From: Octopus vulgaris
Taxonomy: Eukaryota
Assembly: GCA_951406725.2 (NCBI GenBank)
Contig: OX597815.1
Span: 103,664,001-103,728,000 of the forward strand
Length of the DNA: 64,000 bases
Reading direction: 5' to 3'
How positions within the stretch are numbered: the first letter of the stretch is position 1; every line of letters begins with the position of its first letter. The position numbers were made by a program, and so were the translations under genes. The notes below the pieces were generated by a model, which saw only the letters and a program-made list of their open reading frames with translations, ran no database searches and was not told the DNA's origin. This document shows, piece after piece, positions 26,843 to 38,739 of this stretch.

Positions 26843-27573
26843 CTAGCATTAAAGACCCGTCGTTGCCGAGTCATAGTGCTAGTGCATGTATATATGTGTG
26901 TATATATGTGTACATATTACATGTACATCTATATATATACATCTACACATAAAATGCAAAATACAAAGTTATATCTTGATATCGCTAGTGATAACAATAC
27001 TCAAAATATATAACTGACTTGAATTGTTAGCTCTTCTCTTTTCTCTACATTGTATACTTTATAGACAATAGTATTTTCTTTAATTTAATTTTTTATTATC
27101 CATCTGGACTATTCCATTTCTGCACGCTAATTTTATTTTTAATTTATTCCCATTCATGTGAAACCACTTATTCAAGTTCAAATCATTGATGCAATTTTAT
27201 ACCAATTGCTATTTTTACTTTTGTTATGTTACGATTATATTATACTTTAGTTTGATTTTAATTAGTACTTACTACAAATAATTCAATTATTATTATTTTT
27301 ATTGTTAAAGTGAAAGCATCTGACATAAAATAGATAAATATTTTTGTTTCACATTTAACACGTAATACTGAAATAGTGGAGAAGATATGATATTGCTATG
27401 GGCTCGCTCTAGGCAAGAAGTTGGACATTATTTTTGCCCATGAAACTACATGGACCCTAAGCAGGGCATGTGTAAAATTTGAATGAAATTGGTTGTGTAG
27501 TTCTCAAGTTTTAGGGAAACACACAGACAGACAGACAGATAGACACACATTCTCAGTTTTATATATATAAAGA
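26843..27573 (-). mobile_element. Non-autonomous Helitron
   Basis: Minus strand begins A|TCtttatatatataaaactgagaatgtg(tgtc)n and ends with the palindrome actagcactatgactcggc-aac-gacgggtctttaatgCTAG|T. Same 3' module as 7689-8062. Confidence 0.82.
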
Positions 27574-28236
27574 TATATGTATATACGTATGTATGTATAT
27601 ATATGTATGTATGTATGTATCTGTGTATGTATTAGTGTCACCAAGTTCGAATGTTTCTCTGAGCCAGCAAATTGAATAAGGAATAACTATTCAATGAATT
27701 ACGTGTAGATAACGTACTCGCATAAGGAACTGTGATTTCATCAGCTAAATGAGTTGAAATTCGAACAAATCACTTGTAGACAACGCACAGGTATAAGTGC
27801 TGGGAAAGCGTACGCATACGTTACCCTAAATGAACATATTGTGCTGCCAACAGTTTTCCTGCAGTAAATATACTCAGCCAACGAGCTGAAATTTGGATGA
27901 CAACAACTAGTAGACTACGCAAGCATATACATGTTCGTTAACGCACACACGCATTTCATATACTTTGCAAATTGTTATATTTTATACTGAAATAATATTT
28001 CACTTTTTTTCTTTTCTTTTTTTCTTTTGACCCCATACAAATTCATGGATTGACAGAAAGAGAAAATTGCAAAAGCACACACACCTACACGTACACATTT
28101 CGTGCATGTATATCTCTGTATTTACAATTAGTAAACGGGCAAAAACAAAAAAAACAAAACATTTACGCGGTGTTTTTGTGTGGCTCGGAACGGGTTTCCC
28201 TTATTTATACTTATTTCGATAATACATGTAACGAAC

Positions 28237-28455
28237 AATATTCTTTTCTACTCTAGGCACAAGACCGGAAGTTTTGGGGGAGGGGGCCAGTCGATTAGAT
28301 CGACCTCAATACGCAACTAGTACTTAATTTGATGACCCCGAAAAGATGAAAGGCAAAGTCGACCTCGGCGGTTTTTGAACTCAGAACGTAAAGAAGGATG
28401 AAATGCAGCTAAGCATTCTGCCCGGTGTGATAACGTTTCTGCCAGTTCGCCACCT
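28237..28455 (-). mobile_element. tRNA-derived SINE monomer (tail type A)
   Basis: Full head-core-tail match to 2426-2636 and to the last unit of 48307-48915. Confidence 0.9.
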
Positions 28456-28980
28456 TTCGTTTATAGAGACCACCTTTGCGACAATCATGCGCACAAGCAT
28501 ACACGCACACACATATGTATAAATGTTTTTAGTATTATATCCATAATCAAAACATTCCGAGTTTTAAAAATAATACAGGTCGATTGTTTTACCTGGCATT
28601 TCAATATTTCGGGATTAGGAACACCTCTTCAAGAAATCATGTGTGTATGCATGTATGTACGTATATGTGCCTCTGTGCTCTTGGATGTGTGTGTGTTTGT
28701 ATGTACTTGTGTACAGATGGATACCATGTCTCTCGATTTAAATAATTTGAAATCAATTGTTTATTTTAAATACGAGGACTCTCCTTTGCTTTTTATCTGT
28801 GAGTTTAGGAAACCAATTTTACTTTTGTCATTCAGCATTTGGTAACACGATTTTCGAGTCCCGGAGTCGATATATGTCTTTATCTCATAATTTTGACTTC
28901 AGCTAGCTTATTCCCCATGGATTGTTGTTCCTTTTTATGGTTATGCATGGAAAGCTAACGCACACATATATCTATATCAA

Positions 28981-29109
<129 letters not shown>

Positions 29110-29201
29110 AGGAAAAATTTTTTTTTTTAAAAATGCAGAATGCTCAAATGAAAGAAAATTTTAATAAAATGAGAAAATGATAAAATATATAAATATATAT
29201 T

Positions 29202-29242
29202 TATTCAACCGGTTTTCGTCATTGTATGACTTGTCAAGAATA
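29202..29242 (-). ncRNA. Minimal hammerhead-like motif with U3-A8 core variant
   Basis: tattc-TTGACAA-gtca tacaa tgac-GAAA-accggtt-gaata. Stems I and II pair, stem III is palindromic, and there is one extra A relative to the usual spacing. Confidence 0.55.
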
Positions 29243-29874
29243 TTTATGTTTTAAGAAGTTTTTTTAAAAATTAGAAAGGGGAAAAAAAGAAAATTGCATT
29301 GTTTTTTGTAAAAGAATAATGATAAAAATGTACAAAAATTAAAAAATAAGTTCTCCGATACATTGTGAGTTCGTTGTGTATCTTGAGTTTTATGGTTGTT
29401 TACCAAAATATTACCTTGAGGTGTTAAGATCCAAAGGGATTAAGAGCATGTGATGTGTTGTGTTGTTAAATTCAGCATGTTGCAGGACAGGAAGTAGTAG
29501 TAATTGTGGTCCTGGTTCTTCAGTTCCTGTGTTGTGAGTAAGGGGAGACAACTCTTTTGAGTTCTTCAATAAAACCCAAATTATAAAACTATCATTTTAG
29601 CTTCATTTGCATTATCTTTTTTATATAATTGCTTGTTAACTTAACTTTCAGATTTTAACACTTTATTTATATTATTTTCTAATAATATAAAACTGCATAG
29701 ACAATTGCATTTCAAATTGTCATATCATTTATAATAAAAATGATAGTAATAACAACAATAGTGAAAATGATATTTAAAGAATATAAGTTTTAGCTTGAAG
29801 TGATGAATGCATGGTATCTTTATATATTTGTGTTAGTCCATCCATGAAGAGTGAGGTAGAGAAAGGAAGTTTGA

Positions 29875-31974
29875 TCAACGAGGAGTTTGCATATTAAGTT
29901 GTGTTTGGAATTTTTCAATAAAGAGATTCTCCTTGTTAATTCTCTCCTGTGTGGTGATCCCGTCTTTACATTGGTAGAAGGGGAATATATAGAATTTGGG
30001 GTTTAAGTCTTTAGCACATGAGTCTAAGTGGTCACTCAGTGGAATTTGTCGGTATTCCGGGAGATTTATTTGTTCTTTATGCACCGTTACTCGTTTACGT
30101 AACGGGAGACTCGTTTGTCCAACATAATTATGTTGGCAACCAGCGCATGTGAGAACGTAGATAAGGTTCTCGGAGGAACAGGAGAAGTTAGTCTTGATTT
30201 TAAACTTCGTACCTTGTTTGAAGGTAAATTCAGAGCCTTCAAGTAGAAAGGGGCAGGTACCACAGTTTGAGCGTGCACATTTTTTTACTGTTGGGGGTGG
30301 ATGTGGTGTGTGAAGTTTGGCATTTGTCAAGAGTTTTTTTAAAGATTTGTGTTGCCTTTTGCATTTGAGGATTTTGTGTGTATTTATAATGTTTTTCATT
30401 TTTGGGTCTGTTGACAGTAGACTGAGGTTTTGTATGATTGTGGTGTATGCTTCGATATTTTTGGGGTTGTGGGTGGAAATGTATGGAAGTATTTTGAGGT
30501 TGTGTGTGGTGTTAGGTTGGGTGGTTATCAGTGTAGTGTTGTCTAGTTCTTTGGCGCGTTTTATTCCATACTCTATAAGGGTGGAGGGATATTGACGTTG
30601 TAATAGTGTTTTTTTGAGGTCTTGAAGGCGTATTTCTCGTGTTTTTGGATCCGAGACAATGGTGCATACCCTTTTAGCTAAATTGAAAGGGATATTTGTC
30701 TTGGTGTGTTTTGGGTGGCATGAACTAAAGAGGAGGTATTGTTGTGAGTCTGTAGGTTTGTGGTAGATGTCTGTTATGATTTGGTTCTTAGGTGTTTTTA
30801 TAATTAGGAGATCAAGGAATGGGAGATGATGTTTGCTTAATTCCATAGTGAATTGGATGTTGGGATGTATGTTGTTTGGTATGGTTTTGAATTCCAGGAG
30901 TTTTTCATAAGGTTCTTTCCATATGATGAAACAATCATCTAAATACCTTTTCCAGTTTTCCATTAGGTAGGTGTGGAAAACATGTCCAAATTTCTGGCTT
31001 GATATTTCATAGAGTGACAGTTCGAAGTAACCCATTATGAGGTTCGCAAGGACTGGTGCAGCCTTGGTACCCATCGCAATGCCACATTTTTGACGGTAGT
31101 GTGTGTCGTCGAAGAGAAAAAAATTGTTTGTCAGAATGAACTTAAGAGATTCTGTAATAAAAGACTTGTTAATGCGGTCAGGGAATGTCTCTGGGTGTTT
31201 TTCTAGCCAGAAGTCAATTGCCTCTATACCATACTCATGTGGAATGTTGGTGTAGAGGTTGATGACATGAAAGGATACCAGGAGTGCCTCCTCGTTAACT
31301 GTTTTCGGGAGGTGTTTGAGCATGTCCAGATCATCCCTAATGAAACTTTTGATGTGGGTAAGGAAAGGTTTCAAAAGGATGTCTAGGAAGTTACTCAGGC
31401 GGTGTGTTTCACAGGAGGTACCAGCCACGATGGGCCTTAGTTTTAGGTCCTCCGGTGCTTTGATGTTGATGTGGATGTCAGTGGAGAGTTTGCAGGCTTC
31501 GGTGATGTATTTGTTTTTATGGATTTTAGGAAGGCCATAAAAAAGGATGGGCTTGCATTTGAAAATGGTGATATAATCCCTTTCTTTTTCTGTGAGTCCC
31601 TGACCGTGTTGGCGTATGAGTGTGGTGAGGTTTCTTATTGTTTTTTGCTGTTTGTAGTTGTTAATAACCTCATAGAAAATGTTATTGTTAAGCATGGAGA
31701 ACACTAGGTGTTTATAAAATTCCGTGTCCATAAGGACCACAGCACTCCCTTTGTCCGCTTCTTTGATGGTGAGGTTTTTATCCAGTTGTATGTCACGTAG
31801 GTTTTCCCATTCTTCCTTACTGAAATTGGATTTTACCTTGGTTTTGCTTGGGGTAAAGGGGAGACTCTGGATGTGTTTACAGAAAACGTCCAGTGTTTTA
31901 TTTCTCCCTTTTGGTGGTAGGAAGTTGCTTTTATTTCTGATCAATGAGTCGTCCCCATTGTTGATATCTGTCAA
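29875..31974 (-). CDS. Penelope-like reverse transcriptase + GIY-YIG endonuclease (699 aa open; true start further upstream)
   Basis: ADKGSAVV, FYGLPKIHK, LRPIVAG, LYTNIP, GIAMGT..APVLANL, RYLDD, LPFLD, YHKPT, SCHP. Cys linker CARSNCGTC (Neptune-type). NLIY..C..C..YVGQT endonuclease. The motif-A Asp reads His (SFHV, 31267-31269), so this copy is probably RT-dead. Confidence 0.95.
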   Translation of the reverse strand: MTDINNGDDSLIRNKSNFLPPKGRNKTLDVFCKHIQSLPFTPSKTKVKSNFSKEEWENLRDIQLDKNLTIKEADKGSAVVLMDTEFYKHLVFSMLNNNIFYEVINNYKQQKTIRNLTTLIRQHGQGLTEKERDYITIFKCKPILFYGLPKIHKNKYITEACKLSTDIHINIKAPEDLKLRPIVAGTSCETHRLSNFLDILLKPFLTHIKSFIRDDLDMLKHLPKTVNEEALLVSFHVINLYTNIPHEYGIEAIDFWLEKHPETFPDRINKSFITESLKFILTNNFFLFDDTHYRQKCGIAMGTKAAPVLANLIMGYFELSLYEISSQKFGHVFHTYLMENWKRYLDDCFIIWKEPYEKLLEFKTIPNNIHPNIQFTMELSKHHLPFLDLLIIKTPKNQIITDIYHKPTDSQQYLLFSSCHPKHTKTNIPFNLAKRVCTIVSDPKTREIRLQDLKKTLLQRQYPSTLIEYGIKRAKELDNTTLITTQPNTTHNLKILPYISTHNPKNIEAYTTIIQNLSLLSTDPKMKNIINTHKILKCKRQHKSLKKLLTNAKLHTPHPPPTVKKCARSNCGTCPFLLEGSEFTFKQGTKFKIKTNFSCSSENLIYVLTCAGCQHNYVGQTSLPLRKRVTVHKEQINLPEYRQIPLSDHLDSCAKDLNPKFYIFPFYQCKDGITTQERINKENLFIEKFQTQLNMQTPR

Positions 31975-32152
31975 AGCTTCTGTTAGGCGAAGTTTTCTGC
32001 AGAATTCAGAAACGTCATCCTTGACCTCCGGGGGTTGGGTGTTCTTGGGGTGGGTGTGAATTTCAAACCTCTTGCTAGGATGTTGATTTGGGTTGGTGTC
32101 AGTGTTTTGCTGGAGAGGTTTATAATTTTTGTTTTCTTATTTTGGGTCTGTG

Positions 32153-33088
32153 TTAGCGGTGGTGTTTGTATTTTTCCCCTCTGTCTAAAAAATGGTTGTT
32201 GAGGTAAGGGGTGTATTCTTTGTTAAAGTTCTGGTTGTATGTGTAGGAGTGTTTTTGGGTGGGGAGGTTGGAGGGGGGTAGGTAGTTGTCGTATTTGTGT
32301 TGGTATGGGATGCGATGGTGTAAGGATTTGTGAGAAATGCGATGGGTTTGTGGGTGTGTGTCTGGTAGATTGTATGGGGGGATGTAGGGGGGTATGTAGT
32401 TGTGGTGATTGGGTTCGTGTGGGATGTGAGGGTTTGGAGATCTGTAGGAGATGTGGTAGGAATGTGGTTGTTGGATGGGTGGACTATAGGGGGTTCGTTG
32501 GGTGGGTCTTATATGTATCGGTGTGGGTAGGATGCCTTGTTTGTTATTAGTGTGAGGGAGGGGAGCCTTGAGGGAGGGATAATTTCTAGTGTATGGGAGG
32601 TTCTTGAAGGTTCTAATCGGTGGGGAAGGGGTGTTAGAGTGATTGGAAAACCAGGTTTTGTGGTGGGTCTTGTTTGAGATGTTTCGGGGGGGAAAAGGTT
32701 TTTTATATGGTTGGGGGAGGTTGTGTGCTGTTAGGAGGGGGTTTGGAGAGTATGTGTATTTGAGGTGCGGTTTGGAATGGTGTTTATGGGGTACAGTGGA
32801 AGTCTGTGTTGTGGGTACTTTTATGAATGGGTTTTTGGATTTATGGTTTAATATGAATTGTGTTTCATAGTTGAGGAAGAAATCTTTGTTGTTTTCCCAG
32901 CGTTTGAGGGAGGTTCGTTCTTCCTTTTCACATTCATCTTTCCATAGTTTAATAACAAGTTCGAGGGGCTGTTCGTTGGTGTGTGAGGTTAGTTCTAGAA
33001 GTATCTCATCGTCTATTTTTGTGTATTTTTGTTCGTGGTTTTGTGCTCTGAGTTTTAGAAGTTCTACTTCGGTTTTCATTTTTTCCAA
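32153..33088 (-). CDS. Penelope-like element upstream ORF (charged helical segment + P/H/Y/N-rich low-complexity region), N-terminally truncated
   Basis: 311-aa open frame directly upstream of the RT on the same strand. Ends HFLDRGEKYKHHR* just after a T TTT TTA heptamer. Confidence 0.75.
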   Translation of the reverse strand: MEKMKTEVELLKLRAQNHEQKYTKIDDEILLELTSHTNEQPLELVIKLWKDECEKEERTSLKRWENNKDFFLNYETQFILNHKSKNPFIKVPTTQTSTVPHKHHSKPHLKYTYSPNPLLTAHNLPQPYKKPFPPRNISNKTHHKTWFSNHSNTPSPPIRTFKNLPYTRNYPSLKAPLPHTNNKQGILPTPIHIRPTQRTPYSPPIQQPHSYHISYRSPNPHIPHEPNHHNYIPPYIPPYNLPDTHPQTHRISHKSLHHRIPYQHKYDNYLPPSNLPTQKHSYTYNQNFNKEYTPYLNNHFLDRGEKYKHHR

Positions 33089-33171
33089 TGTTAGTTTTTC
33101 TCTAAGAGAAAAAATTTTTCCTTACTTATCATTTCTCCACGTGCGGTCAACACAACCCCACCATTTATTGA

Positions 33172-33234
<63 letters not shown>

Positions 33235-33313
33235 CACATATATATATATATATAAATATGTATGTATGTATATGCATGCATAAATACATATCTTTATAAG
33301 AAATGTATGCATG

Positions 33314-33352
<39 letters not shown>

Positions 33353-33380
33353 TATGCCATATTGTTGGCGAGAATATGCG

Positions 33381-33431
<51 letters not shown>

Positions 33432-34027
33432 GTATGTATGTAAGTAGGTATAACTGTATGTAAATGTTGATGTATCTGGGCATTTTATATACTCAAATGT
33501 AGTTGAATGTAGACTGTGATCAGTCTACAAAGTTAAATGGGTCACAGCGTATGAGCGTACAATGTTATTAAAAGTATTATGTAATGTTAAGTCCGGTGTC
33601 TTTGCAAAATCGCTTTATCTTAGGATTCATCCCTGACATATTTTGTTGTTGTCTCTTTACATTTTGAATATATATGCTGCCGATATGAAGATTGACGTTC
33701 ATTTATACGATAAAGTATTGGAATCGACTATATTGAATACACCGTTCGACTGACTAGACATATGTCATCATTTTCGGCATGGTTTCTATGCTGGGAATGA
33801 CAATATAATACATATATATTTACAAACTTTATGATGTCTTACGAAAGAATAAAGATACTTTTTCACGAATATCGATTTTTTCTTAGAGAAAGTTTGAAAT
33901 TGTCTTTCTTCATATCAGATAATCATTTACGTCATGAATCTACACATGCAAGCACATTCACATACAAAATGTACACACATATTCATACACAGATACACAC
34001 TCAAAGATTTATACGGAGATGCATTCA

Positions 34028-34063
<36 letters not shown>

Positions 34064-34982
34064 GTATTTGTATATGTATCTATATGTGAACGTTAACGAT
34101 TAGGTAAATAAATGTCTTATTCTATACTTTTCTTTGCATATCTCAAATGGTTTCATGATCTTATATTATTTTCTTTGTATGTGCTTTTACTTTTTCCATG
34201 TACATATTAGCTTGAACTAACAATTTCACCGTATAATCACTGGGTGATACATGCAAGAATTACTAGTACATAACTTTTGTCAAAATATATGACACAAGAA
34301 TCACATTATGCTGTGTCTGGTGTTTATTTCGTTGATTTCCTAACCCTTCATAGCTGACTTCACCTATTAAATCATATCCATGGTATTGATAATAGATAAA
34401 TGTAGACTAGAAATGAGACGCACTAGTGAACGTGGAATTCTTGGCACTAAACGTCTTGCTAGCTTTAAAATTGGACAGCGAGTTTGAATATTTTATCACT
34501 ATTATAAGATAATGTAAACATAAGTGATAAAGAAAACCGTTCTTTCTTTTAATGCATACTATTTGACAGGTTGCAAGAAACTTTTAAATATCATCAATGT
34601 TTACTAGATAATGCCGAAAAGAATCTTCAGTATCGAATCACGAATCACGAATCACGATGTCGTATGTAACTTTTCACTTCTCATATTCCGGTTTATTAAT
34701 GCTTCAGGCGAGTGCCATAATTTGACATAAGATGTTGAAATTGAATTATCAAGGAAAAAAAAATCAACTATCACTTTGAAAATGCTCCCATATATTTTCT
34801 TGTCAGGAAATTATAAGAATGGTGTATGTTTTCTTAATTATTATCTCACTACACATGTTGCCAATTTTATTTCTTATTTACATACCTAACTACCTACCTA
34901 CCTACCTATTACATACATACATACATAAATACATACATACATACATAAATACATACATACATATTTACATACATATACATAT

Positions 34983-35139
34983 GTCTTTATTGCCCACAAG
35001 GAGCTAAAGATGGAGATGCCAAACAAGGATAGACAAAGGGATTACGTCGATCACATCGGCCCCAGTGCGTACCTGATACTTATTTAATTGACCCCGAAAG
35101 GAAGAATGACAAAGGCGACCTCGGCGGAATTTGAACTCA
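34983..35139 (-). mobile_element. 5'-truncated SINE with tail type B (Tx1-like tail), between (TACA)n and (TA)n
   Basis: Reverse complement gagttcaaattccgccgaggtcg..core..ccttgtgggcaataaagac matches the tail-B units at ~4290-4460 and 48350-48717. Confidence 0.85.
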
Positions 35140-35329
35140 TATATATATATATATATAAATAATGAAGGGATAAAATTAATCAATTAAATTACCTACTTAA
35201 TTGAAAAATTGTGTTATTGTAGTAGAGATACTTACAGTAGTAAAAAAGGAATTTTTAACTCGTATTTCTAAATTCGGTATGTCGTGAAGCAATTAGCTGA
35301 CCCCTAATTATAATTATGTTTATAATTAA

Positions 35330-35409
<80 letters not shown>

Positions 35410-35420
35410 GTATGTATATA

Positions 35421-35620
35421 GTGGGAATTTGCAAAATAAAAACAGACGAAGACGGGTGTGTAAACAACAAGCATGTGTATTAGTTTAACGCTCGGGAAGT
35501 GAGGATGTCTTTTACGTTTCGAGCCTACGCTGTTCGACAGAAAGGAACGCAGAAATTAACAGGGAGAGAAAATACAAAAAGATTTAGTAGCGTAGCTAGT
35601 GATCTATCTTGGCGAATGGT
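35421..35620 (-). mobile_element. ~200-bp microsatellite-embedded element with minimal hammerhead-like motif
   Basis: Minus strand 35510-35543 reads ttt-CTGTCGA-a-cagc-gtag-gctc-GAAA-cg-TA-aaa. Homologous to 16588-16790. Confidence 0.6.
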
Positions 35621-35631
35621 TGTATGTGTGT

Positions 35632-35692
<61 letters not shown>

Positions 35693-35708
35693 GGCGCGTG
35701 TGTGTGAA

Positions 35709-36034
35709 GACGCATGGCGCAGTGTTTAGAGCAACGAGCTTACGATCGTGACGTTCTGGGTTCGATTTCCGGACCGGGCTGCATGTTGTGTTTTCGAGCT
35801 TTATTTCACGTTGTTCGAGTTCTCTCAGCTGTAGAAATGAATTGCAACATAATTGGTGCCAAGCTGTATCGGCCTTTGCCTTTACCTTGGATATCATCAG
35901 TGGTGTGGAGAGGGGAGGCTGGTATGCATGGGCGACTGCTGGCCTCCATGAACAACCTTGCCCGGACTTGTGCCTCGGAGGGTAACTTTCTAGGTGCAAT
36001 CCTATGGTCATTCATGACGAAAGGGACTCTTCTC
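35709..36034 (+). mobile_element. tRNA-derived SINE (third family)
   Basis: A-box-like tggcgcagtgt and B-box ggttcgatttcc in a tRNA-like head, followed by a ~250-bp body. Flanked by microsatellites. Confidence 0.75.
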
Positions 36035-36114
36035 ATATATATATATATATACAGAACACAAATACACACATAATATCTCGCGCAAGCTTGCACACACGCA
36101 CACACACACGTGCG

Positions 36115-36263
<149 letters not shown>

Positions 36264-38177
36264 GTTTCTTTATTAGCCACACAGGGCTGCACACAGATAG
36301 AACAAATTACAAGGTAGAGCTTTTCTTTTGAAGGTTTAAGAAAAAAAAAAAAAAAAAAAAAAAGGAAGGGGGAGTTTCGATCAAAAGGGATCGTAAAAGG
36401 AGAGAAAGAGGACAAAAAAAGGGGGTTTAAAAAAAAGGGGGGAGGAAAAAAAATTGATCAATAGGGATCGTTATCACAGAAATGTCAATATGAAGTGTAA
36501 AGGGGAGGACAGGTGAGGTTTACCCGTGCAAAGAAAAGCCTACGGAAAAGACCACGGTAACCTCGGTCAATGATGTCACATTTTATATTTCTTTTTTTTT
36601 TTTTTTTTTGCAAATAAGCAACTCTCTGTTTTCGATTTCTGGGTTCATAGGACTATGCTCAAGGTGGCTTCGTCATTCATACGTGCCATTCTTGCTACAT
36701 TCACCCATCTTTTTTAAAACATTCGCTAGACAAAACGTGCCTCTCTACTCTCACTTTCCTTTTCAAGTGGTACTTGAAGAAGTTGATGAGAGATTGACCA
36801 GAGAGGAAAGTGTTTGTCTCCAATCCTTTCAGACGCGTCCACCAGATACATTCCTTCGCCATAGCCACAAGGATGATGAAAATAGCTCTTCCTTCCCGTT
36901 TGAAGGAAGGAGGCGTGACAATATTGACGATAGACTCAGCTGATAAACCGACTCGTCCCACACGTGACAGCAGTTGTTCGACATAAGCCCACAGGTCGGA
37001 AATTGTTGGACACTGAACGAGTGCGTGCAGAACGGTTTCGTCGCTCTGACCGCATCTCGGGCAGGTCGGCCCCGTGTTTCTCGAGCCGTGTCTGTAGAGC
37101 TTATCCCGAACGGGTAGCGCTTCTCGGTAGCACTGCCAGGCCAGGGATCTCTGGAAGTTGTCCATGGGCCCTGGCCCGAAAGTCGTCCTGAACAGGCGGG
37201 TCAGGTACTCCTCGTCGACGTCCAGGTTCGCCCCGAGCTCGTCGTCGTACCTCCCCTCCACTAAACCCCTATAGAATGCTTTGGTTGTGTTGAAGTCACT
37301 TAAGGTCGACCCAGGACGGCAGAGTTGCTTGAGGGCAACGCGACACTCGCGGTGCCATTCGCCCTTCCTCGGCCTCTTTTTGATCCACGACTGCAGTTCG
37401 GTCATGGAGACGAGCTGCGGGAAAGCGTGCCTCACAAACGGCGACCACACCTGTTCACCGTCGTCTACATAGAGCCAGAGATGCCGCAGTCTCAGCGCGT
37501 GTCTGCGCATCATCAACCACGGCATGCCCAGCCCTCCTTTTAACGGGTGTTGACAGCAAATGGATCGCCTGACCATCGGGACGCATCCTTTCCACAAGAA
37601 GCGAAAGAGGATGCGTTGTAGTTTGGTGATGGTAGGGTCGGGACAAGGTACGACGGTCAGGCGGTAGTAGATGACGGACGCGATGTACGTGTTCGCCACC
37701 TCCGCTCGACCTTTTAGGGACAGTTTCCTCTCGGCCCATTGCCGGGCGAGAGTGACCACCCTACTCGTTATCTCGTTCCAGTTCTTCTCCACTTGGAGGT
37801 CCGGACCAAACCAGACCCCGAGCAACTCAACCGGGCCGTCGGTCCAGCGTCCCACGACGGAGGCGCTGGTGGACGGCATGGGCTTGCTTCTCCAGGTGCC
37901 TAGTCGCAAGCCCACTGACTTTTCCCGGTTGATTTTCGCTCCTGTCACCGCTTCGTAGTTTTTCAGTGTCTCGCCGACCAGTTCGATGTGCTCGTGGCTA
38001 GACACTATGACGGTGACGTCGTCCGCGTATGCAGACACGCTCGTCCCGCATCCCAATTCTCGCGGGATGCCCCTTAGAGTCGCCAAATTCCGCAGTAGTG
38101 GCTCAAGAGTCAATACGTATAGAAGCGCCGAGAGGGGGCATCCCTGACGGACCGAACGTGCAATGTTGAAAGGTCTC
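36264..38177 (-). mobile_element. Tx1-clade (L1 group) LINE, 5'-truncated, young, in a (GATA)n array
   Basis: GC-rich coding stretch plus 3' UTR ending AATAAAGAAAC. Pure (GATA)n on both sides (36187-36263 and 38178-38304). Confidence 0.9.
36645..38177 (-). pseudogene. Tx1-like ORF2 C-terminal half (RT motifs B/C to CCHC zinc knuckle)
   Basis: SVRQGCPLSALLY, AYADDVT, KINREKS, LLGVWF, LSLKGRA, FLWKG, GGLG, CPRCG..ETVLHAL..CP. Open for ~490 codons, with one frameshift in an A-run near 36710 before the probable true stop at 36645. Confidence 0.92.
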
Positions 38178-38305
<128 letters not shown>

Positions 38306-38316
38306 TCTGTATGTGC

Positions 38317-38360
<44 letters not shown>

Positions 38361-38362
38361 GT

Positions 38363-38398
<36 letters not shown>

Positions 38399-38739
38399 AT
38401 GCGTCCGCGAGAGAGTATATATGTATTTGTGTTCTGTGAAGTCTTTTCTATTGCTTTCCTGCATTGGCTTATGTGTTTTCAATCTAATGAGACTGTTAAA
38501 GAAACAGCATTTGGTAAATATGTGCATATATTAAACATTGTGTGATTTCAGCACAAGGTCACGCATTAGGGAACGTCATGCATTTTTAAGCGGGAAGATA
38601 ATGATATTCGGAACAGGAGTACTTGAATTGTAATAAGCCAACTTGATGTTTTAATGTTTTGTTCAACTCAGAACTTTAACTGTTTCGGTACCACCAGCAA
38701 CAACAACATTTATGATGATTAAAATAGTTTATAATTTGG

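Noticed and set aside
29487-29530. Second hammerhead candidate in the Penelope 3' UTR (minus: acaggaa-CTGAAGA...ttcctgt)
   Set aside because: Stem I pairs, but the GAAA and stems II and III are absent.
35709-35780. tRNA gene here and at 56971-57045
   Set aside because: No complete acceptor stem or terminator, and the sequence continues into a SINE body, so these are SINE heads.
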